Shown here piece by piece: positions 30,350-41,066 of a DNA stretch of 64,000 nucleotides. Position 1 is the stretch's first letter; each line of letters begins with the position of its first letter. A program made the translations under genes and the position numbers. Source of the DNA: an uncultured Actinomycetota bacterium (lineage in GTDB: Bacteria > Actinomycetota > Actinomycetes > Propionibacteriales > Nocardioidaceae); assembly GCA_963782035.1 (NCBI GenBank), contig CAWAIW010000014.1, forward strand, positions 178,293-242,292, given 5' to 3'. The notes beneath the pieces are model-generated. The model worked only from the letters and a program-made list of their open reading frames with translations, was not told where the DNA came from and made no database searches.

Positions 30350-31476
30350 GCGTACCCCAAACGTCGTGCGGCCAGGTCGGTGAGCACCTCGGTGGCGCCC
30401 CCGCCGATGGGCAGGATGCGGGCGTCGCGGTAGTGCCGCTCGACCTCGGTGCCGTGGAGGTACCCGGTCCCGCCGTGCAGCTGGACGGCCATGTCGGTGA
30501 CGGCGACCGCGGTCTCGACAGCGGTCTGCTTGGCCAGGCAGGCCTCCGCGACCACGTCCTCGCCGGCCACGTGACGGCGGGCGACGTCGTGGACGTAGGT
30601 CCGCGCCACCGCCACCTGGCGGTGCATCTCCACCAGGCGGTGCCGGACGACCTGGCGGTCCGCGAGCGCCCGGCCGAAGGTCTGTCGCTCCTTCACGTAC
30701 GCCGCCGTGAGGGCCAGCGACCTCGCGGCGATGCCGTAGCCGTGCACGGCCAGCGCGATCCGCTCGACCACGAACTGCTCGGCGATCTGCGCGAACCCCG
30801 AGTCTTCTGCCCCGACCAGGTTCGCCACCGGCACCCGGCAGGACGCGAAGCCGAGCTCCGCGGTGTCGGAGCAGTGCCAGCCCATCTTGCGCAATGTTCG
30901 GTCGACGGTGAATCCGGGCGTGCCCTTCTCGACCACCAGCAGGGAGAGGCCACCCGCGCCCGGACCGCCGGTGCGCACCGCGACCGTCACGAAGTCGGCG
31001 CGCGCCCCGCTGGTGATGAAGGTCTTGGTGCCGTCGACCACGTACTCGTCCCCGTCCCGCCGCGCGGTCGTCCGGACGGCCGCGACGTCCGAGCCGCCAC
31101 CGGGCTCGCTGATCGCGAGGGCGCCGATCTTCTCGCCGGCCAGGGTCGGCCGGACGAAGCGGTCGACGAGGTCGGCGTTCCCGGAGGTAGCCCAGCAGGT
31201 GACCATGTGCGGCAGGGCGATGCCGCCCGTGAACAGCGCGGCCAGCAAGCCGCTCGACGCGCCGACCTCGAGCATCCCCTCCATCACCGCGACCGAGTCG
31301 AGCAGGTCGCCGCCCTCGCCCCCGACGGGCTCCGGGAACGAGACGCCCAGCAGTCCCTGCTTCGCGGCCGCGAGGTGCAGCGAGCGCGGTACCTCGCCGG
31401 CGTCCTCCCAGTCCTGGAGGTACGGCGCCACCTCGCGCCGCACGAACTCGGCCGCGGTGTCGCGGAGTGCGTTCAC
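30346..31476 (-). CDS. Acyl-CoA dehydrogenase (AtuD-like)
   Basis: AISEPGGGSD, GTKTFITSG, KMGWHCSDT, QLHGGTG, IGGGATE. Confidence 0.9.
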   Translation of the reverse strand: MNALRDTAAEFVRREVAPYLQDWEDAGEVPRSLHLAAAKQGLLGVSFPEPVGGEGGDLLDSVAVMEGMLEVGASSGLLAALFTGGIALPHMVTCWATSGNADLVDRFVRPTLAGEKIGALAISEPGGGSDVAAVRTTARRDGDEYVVDGTKTFITSGARADFVTVAVRTGGPGAGGLSLLVVEKGTPGFTVDRTLRKMGWHCSDTAELGFASCRVPVANLVGAEDSGFAQIAEQFVVERIALAVHGYGIAARSLALTAAYVKERQTFGRALADRQVVRHRLVEMHRQVAVARTYVHDVARRHVAGEDVVAEACLAKQTAVETAVAVTDMAVQLHGGTGYLHGTEVERHYRDARILPIGGGATEVLTDLAARRLGYA

Positions 31477-33251
31477 AGCAACACCACGGGGATCTCCACG
31501 TGCCTCGACCGCGCCCACTCACCGAGCCCCTTGGCCTGTGGGTCGAACCGCGTCGAGGCGGCGACTCCCTGGCCGAGCAGGCCGTGGACGACGACGTTCA
31601 CGCCGCCGAGGTTCGGCAGCGCGTGCACCTCGACGTCGAGGTCGCGCGTCTCCGGCAGCAGGTCGCGCACGAAGTCCGGCGTCACCGTCGCGAGCAGCCA
31701 GGCCACCCGCGCGTCGCGCTTCTCGTCGGTCGAGCTTGTCGAGACCTCGTGGGCGACCCACAGTCCCAGGTTCGCGTCGCCCCCCTTGTCGCCGGACCGG
31801 GCGTGCACGAAGGAGCCGAACGGGCGTCGTTCGTCGGTCGAGGAGGTGGCGCTAGCGCCCCCGTTGGTCGAGGAAGGCGCGCTAGCGCCTGTCACGAGAC
31901 CCGGTGACGGGCTCGCGGTCTCGTCACCGGGTCTCGTGACGGGTGCTAGCGCAACCTCCTCGACCAGCGGATGGCTCTCGACCAGCGGATGGTCCTCGAC
32001 CAGCGAGGTGGAACCGTCGGCGTGGTGGACGGTGTGCGAGACGGCCGAGCGATCGACGTACTCGGCCCGGTAGACGCCGTACGGCGTCCCGGACCCTGGC
32101 GGTGCGGTCATCGTGAAGCCGGGGTACGACGCGAGCGCGAGCTCGACCGCGGCGCTGGAGAACGCGCGGCCGACGGCGTCCGGCGAGGCGTCCTGGACGG
32201 TGCAGCGGAGCAGCGTCGAGGCGCCCTCCTCGGTGTCGGCGTCCTCGGGCGGTAGCGGACCGAGGGTCCACGTCACTGACGAAGCCGTCAACGACGGTGA
32301 CAGCTGCGAGCGCACCCATTCCGCCTTGGCCTCGATGTCCATCCCCGTCAGCACGAGCTCCACGGTGTTGCGGTACCCGCCGAGCTCGTTGACGCACACC
32401 TTGAGCCGCTCGGGGGGCGCCGACCCCCGCACCCCTGAGATGCTCACGCGATCAGGACCGGCAGGACCCAGGCGGACCGAGGTGAGGTCAGTGGTCACGT
32501 CGGGGTTCAGGTAGGCGGTCCCCTGCACCTCGTACATCAGCTGCGCGGTGACGGTGTCGACCGACACCAGCCCACCCGTCCCGTCGTGCTTGGTGACCAC
32601 CGAGGAGCCGTCGGCGGCGATCTCCGCGAGAGGGAAGCCCAGCGGCCGGTCGAGCGGGCCGAACCCCGAGAAGTTGCCGCCGGTCGCCTGGCACCCGCAC
32701 TCCAGCACGTGCCCCGCGACGACCGCACCGGCCAACGCGTCGTACGACGTCGGCGACCAGCCGTGCCACCACGCGGCCGGCCCGACGACCAGCGAGGCGT
32801 CGGTGACCCGGCCGGTCACGACGACGTCGGCGCCACCGGCCAGGGCGGCGGCGATGCCGAACCCGCCGAGGTACGCGTTGGCGGTCAGGGCTCCCTCGAA
32901 GCCCAACGACCGCACGTCGTCGCCGTCGATGAAGGCGATCGACGGCGACAGGCCCAGCCCGGCCGCCACCTCGCCGAGCCGGGCGGCCAGGCCCGCGGGG
33001 TTCAGCCCGCCGGCGTTCGAGACCAGTCGCACGCCGTTCTCGAGAGCCAGCCCGAGGCAGTCCTCGACCTGCCGCACGAAGGTCCGGGCGTAGCCCAGGG
33101 ACGGGTCCTTCAGCTGGTCGCGGCCCAGGATCAGCATGGTCAGCTCGGCCAGGTAGTCGCCGGTGAGCACGTCGAGGTGGCCGCCTTCGAGCATCTCCCG
33201 CATGGCGGAGAGCCGGTCGCCGTAGAAGCCCGAGCAGTTGCCGATCCTCAT
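31473..33251 (-). CDS. Acyclic terpene utilisation AtuA family protein
   Basis: RIGNCSGFYGDR, DYLAELTM, GRVTDAS, ECG, HARSGDKGG, DPQAKGLGE. Confidence 0.9.
   Translation of the reverse strand: MRIGNCSGFYGDRLSAMREMLEGGHLDVLTGDYLAELTMLILGRDQLKDPSLGYARTFVRQVEDCLGLALENGVRLVSNAGGLNPAGLAARLGEVAAGLGLSPSIAFIDGDDVRSLGFEGALTANAYLGGFGIAAALAGGADVVVTGRVTDASLVVGPAAWWHGWSPTSYDALAGAVVAGHVLECGCQATGGNFSGFGPLDRPLGFPLAEIAADGSSVVTKHDGTGGLVSVDTVTAQLMYEVQGTAYLNPDVTTDLTSVRLGPAGPDRVSISGVRGSAPPERLKVCVNELGGYRNTVELVLTGMDIEAKAEWVRSQLSPSLTASSVTWTLGPLPPEDADTEEGASTLLRCTVQDASPDAVGRAFSSAAVELALASYPGFTMTAPPGSGTPYGVYRAEYVDRSAVSHTVHHADGSTSLVEDHPLVESHPLVEEVALAPVTRPGDETASPSPGLVTGASAPSSTNGGASATSSTDERRPFGSFVHARSGDKGGDANLGLWVAHEVSTSSTDEKRDARVAWLLATVTPDFVRDLLPETRDLDVEVHALPNLGGVNVVVHGLLGQGVAASTRFDPQAKGLGEWARSRHVEIPVVLL
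31724..31746 (-). repeat. Short family A variant lacking inner stem, in frame in AtuA
   Basis: GGTCTCGACAAGCTCGACCGACG; reads VSTSSTD. Confidence 0.7.
31832..32005. repeat. Family A inverted dimer with duplicated ends, in frame in AtuA
   Basis: Core dimer 31861-31970 plus 18-bp x3 and 30-bp x2 tandem end copies. Confidence 0.9.
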
Positions 33252-34033
33252 CGCGCCGACCGGCCCTCACCCGGAGGCCCCGCAAAAGCCTGCGCCACGT
33301 CCAGCCACGCGTCCGCGCCCGGCCCGGACGCCACCAGCGCGGTGTCGGCCCGGTGCACGCGCTGGGTGACGAGGAGGCAGAAGTCGTACGCCGGCCCGGT
33401 CACCGACTCCGTCGCGTCGTCCGGCCCCCACACCCACACCTCGCCCGACGGTGCCGTCAGCGAGACAAGCGGCTCGACCGACGGCGCCTCCAGCCCCCGG
33501 GCCGCGAAGGAGAAGCGTCGGGTCCGCACGCCGAGGTGCGCGACGTGCCGCACCCGGTCGGTGACCTCCGGCTCGGCGCCCAGGGCCGAATGCACGTCGA
33601 GCCCGTGCGCCCACGTCTCCATGTACCTCGCCGTGGCCATCGACGTGGCCGACATCGGCGGCCCGTACCACGGCATCTTCTGCCCGTCGGGGACCGAGCG
33701 CAGCGCCTCGGCCAACCGGTCGCGCCCGGCACGCCACCGTGCGAGCAGGTCGTCGGGAGGTACGGCGCCACCGGCGAGCGCGGCGGTGTCGACCGCGTGG
33801 TCCGGGTCGGCGATCGCCTCGAGCACCAGCGCGTCCCAGGCCTCCTTGTCGGTCGCCGCCGCGAGCGCCGCCTCGTCGGTCCAGGCGAGGTGGGCGACCT
33901 GGGTCGCCACGTCCCAACCCGCTGCTGGCGTGGGCGTGCGCCAGCCGGACTCGTCCAGGGGAGCGACCAGGGCCTCCAGCGCCGAGCTCTCGGCGGCCAG
34001 GTCGGCGAGCACTCCCTCCAGCACTGCGCTCAC
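33248..34033 (-). CDS. TIGR03084/MDMPI-family metal-binding protein
   Basis: TPTPAAGW..HLAWTD, ARYMETWAHG. Confidence 0.8.
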   Translation of the reverse strand: MSAVLEGVLADLAAESSALEALVAPLDESGWRTPTPAAGWDVATQVAHLAWTDEAALAAATDKEAWDALVLEAIADPDHAVDTAALAGGAVPPDDLLARWRAGRDRLAEALRSVPDGQKMPWYGPPMSATSMATARYMETWAHGLDVHSALGAEPEVTDRVRHVAHLGVRTRRFSFAARGLEAPSVEPLVSLTAPSGEVWVWGPDDATESVTGPAYDFCLLVTQRVHRADTALVASGPGADAWLDVAQAFAGPPGEGRSAR

Positions 34034-34656
34034 GCCAGCACCTCGTCGAGGGTCAGATCAAGGGTCCGGGCCCACCGGTCCAGGATCCGCTTGCGGCGCC
34101 GGGCGTCGTCGGTGATCGTGTCGGCCAGTCCGAGACCGCGCACCAGGTCGAGAGTGGCCTGCACCAGCTCCCGGACGCCGGCGACGGACTCGTCGGCGCC
34201 GAGCAGCTCGACGGTCATCCGGTGCGTCTGCCGGCCGACCCGCTGCTCGAGGGGCACGACCGCCGCGCGCAACGCCTCGTCGGTCCGCGCCGCGACCCAC
34301 AGCTCCAGCGCGGCGGTGAAGACCGGCGAGGTGAAGTGGTCGGCCAGCAGCTCGAGGACGGCGCGCGTACGCCGGGCCCCGCGCGGAAGCCCGCGCTCGG
34401 CCGCAGCCGCCAGCTCGGCCCCCCGGACCGCGGTCACGTGCTCGACCGCGGCGACCACCAGGTCGTTCTTCGTCGGGAAGTGGTGCAGCTGCGCTCCCCG
34501 CGAGACTCCCGCCCGCTCCGAGACCAGCGTCGTGGACGTGCCCGCGAAGCCCCGCTCGACGAGGAGCTCGACGGTCGCCTCCATCAGCCGCGCGCGCATG
34601 GCGCGGGTGCGCTCCTCCTGCGGGACGCGGGTCGTGGGGGCGGTGGACGTGGGCAC
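34030..34656 (-). CDS. TetR-family regulator heading the Atu-like operon
   Basis: HTH VSERAGVSRGAQLHHFPTK. Confidence 0.9.
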   Translation of the reverse strand: MPTSTAPTTRVPQEERTRAMRARLMEATVELLVERGFAGTSTTLVSERAGVSRGAQLHHFPTKNDLVVAAVEHVTAVRGAELAAAAERGLPRGARRTRAVLELLADHFTSPVFTAALELWVAARTDEALRAAVVPLEQRVGRQTHRMTVELLGADESVAGVRELVQATLDLVRGLGLADTITDDARRRKRILDRWARTLDLTLDEVLA

Positions 34657-34678
34657 GTCGCCATCGTGACGGCGTACG

Positions 34679-34702
34679 AACAAACAGTCAATCCTGCTTG
34701 TT
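34679..34702. promoter_or_regulatory. Putative TetR operator
   Basis: AACAAACAG-N6-CTGCTTGTT inverted repeat just upstream of tetR. Confidence 0.55.
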
Positions 34703-35039
34703 TCTTGGTCCAGCCGCGCGACCAGGGGGAGCCGTGAGCGAGCGGTCAGGCCGACCATGAGCGCGGTGAGCAACGGCAGCACGACGACCAGGCCGAGCAC
34801 GAGCAACCAGGGCGAGGCCGGCACTACGGCGGCCAGGAAGGCGCTGCCACGCATGCACGCCGCTGGGTGGCGCCCCAGGTGGGTCAGTCGCCTTGTTGAC
34901 GAACGGTTGACTGGTATAGCCCGACCGGGTGGTTTGCCCCAACAGACCGGCCCTGCCGTGGACGTCGGCTTAGCATCCTCTCGGCGAGGGGGTTCGCCGT
35001 TTTACCCACTTGTGGGGGGAGTAACGGAAGAGGAACCCC

Positions 35040-35537
35040 ATGCACCTCGGGACCGGCTCCCACCGCCGATCCGGCCGCACCGAGTCCGGAGCCGCCGCGG
35101 TGGAGATGGCGCTGATCATGCCGCTGCTGCTGCTGCTCGTGCTCGGGATCATCGCCTACGGCTACATGCTCAGCTTCCGGCAGGCGCTGAGCCAGGGCGC
35201 GACCGAGGGCGCCCGGGCCGCCGCCGTCTCCGGGTACCCCTCGAACACGCAGAAGGTGGCCGACGCGGTCGCCGGCGTCAACGACGCGCTCGGCAGCTAC
35301 GGCGTCACGTGCCAGGTCGCGTCCGGTTCCTCGACGGGCGCGCTGCTGCGCGGTGCCGTGACCGTTGGCTCATGCGGCCTGACGACCGCCACCTGCGTCA
35401 ACAACGCGCTCGCGTCCTGCATGAGCGTGCAGGTCGTCTACGACTACAAGCACCACCCGCTCGTGCCCGAGGTGCCCGGCATCGGCGCCGTGATGCCCGA
35501 CTACCTGTCCTACACCGCCACCGCGCAGGTCGGGTGA
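35040..35537 (+). CDS. TadE-family pseudopilin
   Basis: ESG|AAAVEMAL prepilin motif, TM, EGARAA. Confidence 0.85.
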   Translation: MHLGTGSHRRSGRTESGAAAVEMALIMPLLLLLVLGIIAYGYMLSFRQALSQGATEGARAAAVSGYPSNTQKVADAVAGVNDALGSYGVTCQVASGSSTGALLRGAVTVGSCGLTTATCVNNALASCMSVQVVYDYKHHPLVPEVPGIGAVMPDYLSYTATAQVG

Positions 35538-37210
35538 GCCGCAACGAGCGCGGCGCGATCCTGCCGATGGTCGCGCTGCTGATGTCCGTCCTCACCGGGG
35601 TGGCGGCCTACGCCGTGGACATCGGGCAGCTGCGCGTCGGCCGCGTCGACATGCAGTCCCTGGCCGACGTCGTGGCCCTCGACCTGGCCCGGGACGTCGA
35701 CGGGCGGCAGGCGCAGGTGATCCAGGCCGACACGCGCTGGCCCCAGGCCCGCCAGGAGAGCGTGGCCCGCAACAGCTCGACGTTCGGGGCCGCTCCGGCC
35801 GTGTCGGCGGAGCTGGGCACCTTCGACCCGAACACCGGGACGTTCACCGCCACCACGGGATCGGCCGTGCCGTCCGCGGTCCGCGTCACCGCGACGACGT
35901 CGGTCGGCTTCGCCTTCCGGCCCGGGGGCGGCACGGTCACGCGTACCTCGGTGGCGATGTCGGACTCCACCGCCTGTTTCATGCTCGGCTCGTACGCCGC
36001 GGCGGTGCGGTCCGGCCAGTCCGCCCTGCTCAGCTCGGTGCTCGGGCAGATCAACAGCAGCCTGGACCTGGGCGCCGTCGGGTACTCCGGCCTGCTGGAC
36101 GCCGACGTCTCCCTGTCCACCCTGGCGGCGCAGCTCGGTGTCGGCACGGTCGGAGAGCTGGTCGGCAGCACGGTCTCGATCCGCAACCTCTACCTGGCCA
36201 CGGCAGGCGCCCTGCAGACCGGCGGCAACGCCGCCGACGCGACGGTGCTCGGCCAGCTCGCGATGTCGGTGGCCACCCTCGGCGACGTCCAGGTCGGCAA
36301 GGTGCTCCAGGCCGACACGGCGTCGGCGCGCGGGGTCGACGCCACCGTCAACGCGATCGACCTGATCGCCGGCTCGGCGCTGCTGTTCTCGGGCAGCCAC
36401 GCCGTCACGGTGCCGAGCCTCTCCACGTCCGTGCCCGGGCTGCTCGGCGCCACCTCGAGCCTGAGCATCGTGGAGGCACCGCAGCTGGCGTGCTCCCGGG
36501 CCAACCCGACGCCGCTGCGCGAGGCCAGGACCTCGCAGGTGACCGCGACCGTCGGCGGCAGCCTCGACCAGGTCGCCCTCGCCGCCGTCGGATCCGGCAT
36601 CAAGGCCGGATCCCCCACGGGCAAGCCCGTCGCGCTCGCACTGTCCCTGGCCTCCGCGGCCGGCCACCTCACCCAGGTCACCTGCGCCAACCCGCACAAC
36701 ACCTCCCCGACGAACGCGGACAGCCTCACGGTGGCCACCACGAGCAGCCTGTTGTCCGCCGACCTGACGGTGCCGCTCGAGGTCACCGGCAAGATCGGCG
36801 TCCCGGCGCTCGGCCTGGGCCTGGTCAGCTTCACGATCGGCGTGGACATCGGCGTGTCGGCGAGCTCGGCGGCGGGGCAGACCCGGTCGACCACCATCAC
36901 CGTGCCCTCGCAGCAGTTCAACACGGCGTACGCCGCCGGCTCGGGGAACCTGTCGCTGGCCTCCGGCACCGTGTCCCGGACCGGGCTCACGGTCACCGCG
37001 ACCCTGCTCGGCCTCCCCGTCACCCTGCCGACCTCGACGATCGACACGATCCTGTCGGCGGCCGTGACGACCGTGGTCACCCCGCTGGTCAACTCGCTCG
37101 ACAGTGGCGTGGTCCAACCCCTCGCCGGCCTCACGGGCGTCCGGATCGCCGGTGCTGACGTGATCGCGCTGAGCAGACCGCACTGCTCGGTCCCCGTGCT
37201 GCGCCAGTAG
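35534..37210 (+). CDS. TadG-like pilus-associated protein
   Basis: ERG|AILP, AVDIG, MQSLADVVAL; Ser/Thr/Gly-rich body. Confidence 0.75.
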   Translation: MSRNERGAILPMVALLMSVLTGVAAYAVDIGQLRVGRVDMQSLADVVALDLARDVDGRQAQVIQADTRWPQARQESVARNSSTFGAAPAVSAELGTFDPNTGTFTATTGSAVPSAVRVTATTSVGFAFRPGGGTVTRTSVAMSDSTACFMLGSYAAAVRSGQSALLSSVLGQINSSLDLGAVGYSGLLDADVSLSTLAAQLGVGTVGELVGSTVSIRNLYLATAGALQTGGNAADATVLGQLAMSVATLGDVQVGKVLQADTASARGVDATVNAIDLIAGSALLFSGSHAVTVPSLSTSVPGLLGATSSLSIVEAPQLACSRANPTPLREARTSQVTATVGGSLDQVALAAVGSGIKAGSPTGKPVALALSLASAAGHLTQVTCANPHNTSPTNADSLTVATTSSLLSADLTVPLEVTGKIGVPALGLGLVSFTIGVDIGVSASSAAGQTRSTTITVPSQQFNTAYAAGSGNLSLASGTVSRTGLTVTATLLGLPVTLPTSTIDTILSAAVTTVVTPLVNSLDSGVVQPLAGLTGVRIAGADVIALSRPHCSVPVLRQ

Positions 37211-37217
37211 AGCGGGA

Positions 37218-37844
37218 TCAGCGATAGGTGAGCAGCTCGCCCGCCAGATGGCCGTGCTCGTTGACCGAGACGAGGGTGCGTCCGCGTGATCCGGTCACCA
37301 CCCGGGTCACGGACGCGTTGATCACGACCGGCGCGATGCGCTCGTAGGCCGCCGGCGAGCCGAGCAGCGCGGCCACGACGACCGAGACCGGGCCGCCGGA
37401 GGTGACCACGACGATCGTGCCGTCGCCGACGCGGTCCAGGGCCGCGAGGACGCGGTCCCGGAACGCCGACCACGACTCGCGGTAGTCCCCGTCGTGCTCA
37501 CCGGACAGCCAGCGGGTGGTCGCCTGCTCGAACCAGGCCTGGAACTGCCGGGCGTCCGGCTCGCCGTCGAAGTCGCGCGGCTGCGAGTCCAGCACGCCGA
37601 GGTGGTCCATCTCGTCCCAGCCGGCATCCAGGGTCGGGACGGCGTCCCAGCCGGCCGACTCGACCAGCACCTCGGCGGTGCGCCGCTGCCGCTGCATCGC
37701 GCCGTGCACGACCGCGTCCGGCCGCAGGCCCGCCAGCGCTGCGCCGGTCGCGGCCGACTGCCGCTCACCGAGCGGCGAGAGCACGTCGTAGTCGGCGGCA
37801 CCCCACGACGCCTGGCCGTGCCGGACCAGGACGATCTGCCCCAC
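37218..37844 (-). CDS. Histidine phosphatase family
   Basis: LVRHGQAS, TSGG, NAS. Confidence 0.85.
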   Translation of the reverse strand: MGQIVLVRHGQASWGAADYDVLSPLGERQSAATGAALAGLRPDAVVHGAMQRQRRTAEVLVESAGWDAVPTLDAGWDEMDHLGVLDSQPRDFDGEPDARQFQAWFEQATTRWLSGEHDGDYRESWSAFRDRVLAALDRVGDGTIVVVTSGGPVSVVVAALLGSPAAYERIAPVVINASVTRVVTGSRGRTLVSVNEHGHLAGELLTYR

Positions 37845-37845
37845 G

Positions 37846-38907
37846 TCAGGCCCCGGCGAGTCGGCGACAGCGCTGCTCGAGGTACGCGACCGCCGGCCCG
37901 AACACGGCGTACGCCTCGTTGTGCGTCTGGCCCATCGCGTAGCGGTACCAGATCTGCTGGGCGATCACGGCCAGCCGGAACAGGCCGAACACCTCGTAGA
38001 AGCGCCACTGCTCGGGTGTGACCGAGAGGCCCGTGCGGCGCGCGTAGTGCTCGACGACCTCCCATCGCGTCCACATGCCCGGCACGTTCGACGGCTGCCG
38101 CCGGAACTGCTGGAAGAACTCGTCGTCGCCGACCTCGACCCAGTAGCCGAGCGCGCCGCCGAGGTCCATCAGCGGATCACCCACGGTGGCCATCTCCCAG
38201 TCGAGGACGCCGGTCACGGCCAGCTCCTCAGGGGCCAGCACGAGGTTGTCGAACCGGTAGTCGTTGTGGATCACGCACTGGCCGCGGTCCGCCGGCTGGT
38301 GGGCGTCGAGCCAGCCCGACACCGGCGACCAGTCGCCCAGGTCGTCGGTCGCGGCCCGGGCCAGGCGGTCGGTCCAGCCGGCGACCTGGCGCCGCACGTA
38401 GCCCTCGCCGCGGTTCAGCGCCGCCAGCGCCGGGATCTCGTCGACCTCGACGGCGTGGAGATCGACGAGCACGTCCCAGGCACGCTCGCAGAGCGTCGCG
38501 GCCTGCTCGGGTGTTGCCTCGAAACCCAGGCGGCGCCGGGGGATCGTGCCCTCGAGACGCTCCATCACGTAGAAGTCCGAGCCGATGACCGCCTCGTCGC
38601 GGCACAGGCCGACCATCGTGGCGACGTACGGGAAGACCGGCGCCAGCGCCGCCTGGATGTCGTGCTCGCGGCCCATGTCGTGCGCGCTCTTGGCCTTGGC
38701 GCCGACCGGCGGGCGGCGCAGGATCAGGTCCTGCGCGGGCCAGCTCAGCAGGTAGGTCAGGTTCGAGGCGCCGCCGGGGAACTGGCGGACCTCCGGAGTG
38801 CCGTCCAGGTCGTAGGCCGGCGCGTTCTCGCGCAGCCACGCTGCGACGGCCTCCACGTCGAAGGCGTCCTCGTCGCGCACCGGGCGGCTGTCGTCGCGGG
38901 TGCTCAT
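37846..38907 (-). CDS. Phosphotransferase (APH/ACAD10-like)
   Basis: GGASNLTY, AHDMGRE, HNDYRFDN, LDWEM. Confidence 0.85.
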   Translation of the reverse strand: MSTRDDSRPVRDEDAFDVEAVAAWLRENAPAYDLDGTPEVRQFPGGASNLTYLLSWPAQDLILRRPPVGAKAKSAHDMGREHDIQAALAPVFPYVATMVGLCRDEAVIGSDFYVMERLEGTIPRRRLGFEATPEQAATLCERAWDVLVDLHAVEVDEIPALAALNRGEGYVRRQVAGWTDRLARAATDDLGDWSPVSGWLDAHQPADRGQCVIHNDYRFDNLVLAPEELAVTGVLDWEMATVGDPLMDLGGALGYWVEVGDDEFFQQFRRQPSNVPGMWTRWEVVEHYARRTGLSVTPEQWRFYEVFGLFRLAVIAQQIWYRYAMGQTHNEAYAVFGPAVAYLEQRCRRLAGA

Positions 38908-39697
38908 CCGTCGCCCGCCACCCGGTGCAGCCGGTCGGCCTGGGCGCGCATCATCGCGTCGTACGCCGCGCGGTCTTGTTGCTTCAGCGACCAGGCGTCG
39001 CGCGCCGGCTGGTCGGGGACGATCAGCTCGTCGCCGCGGTCGACTCCCTCGAGCACGGCCGCCGCGATGTCGTCGGCGGTCAGCGGCGAGCTCTCGACGA
39101 GGTGCGCGACGACGCCGGCCAGCGCGGTGTCCGCCCCCTGCATGGAGGCGAGCAGGTTGGTGCGGAAGTAGGACGGGCAGACGACGCTGGCCTTGACGCC
39201 GTACGCCGCCAGCTCGTGGCCCGTCGTCTCGGTGAGCGCGACGACCGCGGCCTTGACCGCGTTGTAGCTGGCCATCCCCGCGGGGTGCACCAGGCCGGCG
39301 AGCGAGGCGACGTTCACGACGTGCCCGGAGCGCTGGCGCTTGAACATCGGCACGAAGGCGCGGGTGCCGCGGACCACGCCGAACAGGTTGATCTCGGTGA
39401 TCCAGCGCCACTCGTCGAGGGTCGCGACGTCGAGGCGGCCGCCGCCCGCGACACCCGCGTTGTTGACGAGGACGTCGAGCCCGCCCCAGCGGTCTTCCAC
39501 CTCGGCGAGGGCGCGGGCCCAGTCGTCGTCGCTGGTGATGTCCAACGTGAGGTCGATCCCAGCACCAGAAGTGGTTGCACCCCCGTCGGTCACGGGTTCA
39601 GCGACCAGGTCGGTAGCGATCACCTCGTCGCCGCGCTCGCGCCAGGCGCGGGTGAGGGCGGCGCCGAGACCCGAGGCGGCGCCGGTGATGAGGACTC

Positions 39698-39701
<4 letters not shown>
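38904..39701 (-). CDS. Short-chain dehydrogenase/reductase
   Basis: [18 protein letters not shown]. Confidence 0.9.
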
Positions 39702-40949
<1,248 letters not shown>

Positions 40950-40991
40950 GCTCAGGCGACCCTAGTAGGGCCGAACTTCGTGGGCGTGTCG

Positions 40992-41054
40992 GGACGTTCC
41001 TGGGGGTTGCAACCCCCGCGAACGTCCGGGATACCCGGTCGAACCGGGTATCAC
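40992..41054. repeat. Family C double hairpin
   Basis: GGACGTTC..GGGGTTGCAACCCC..GAACGTCC then GATACCCGGT-CGA-ACCGGGTATC. Confidence 0.7.
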
Positions 41055-41066
41055 GACCACGCCGAC

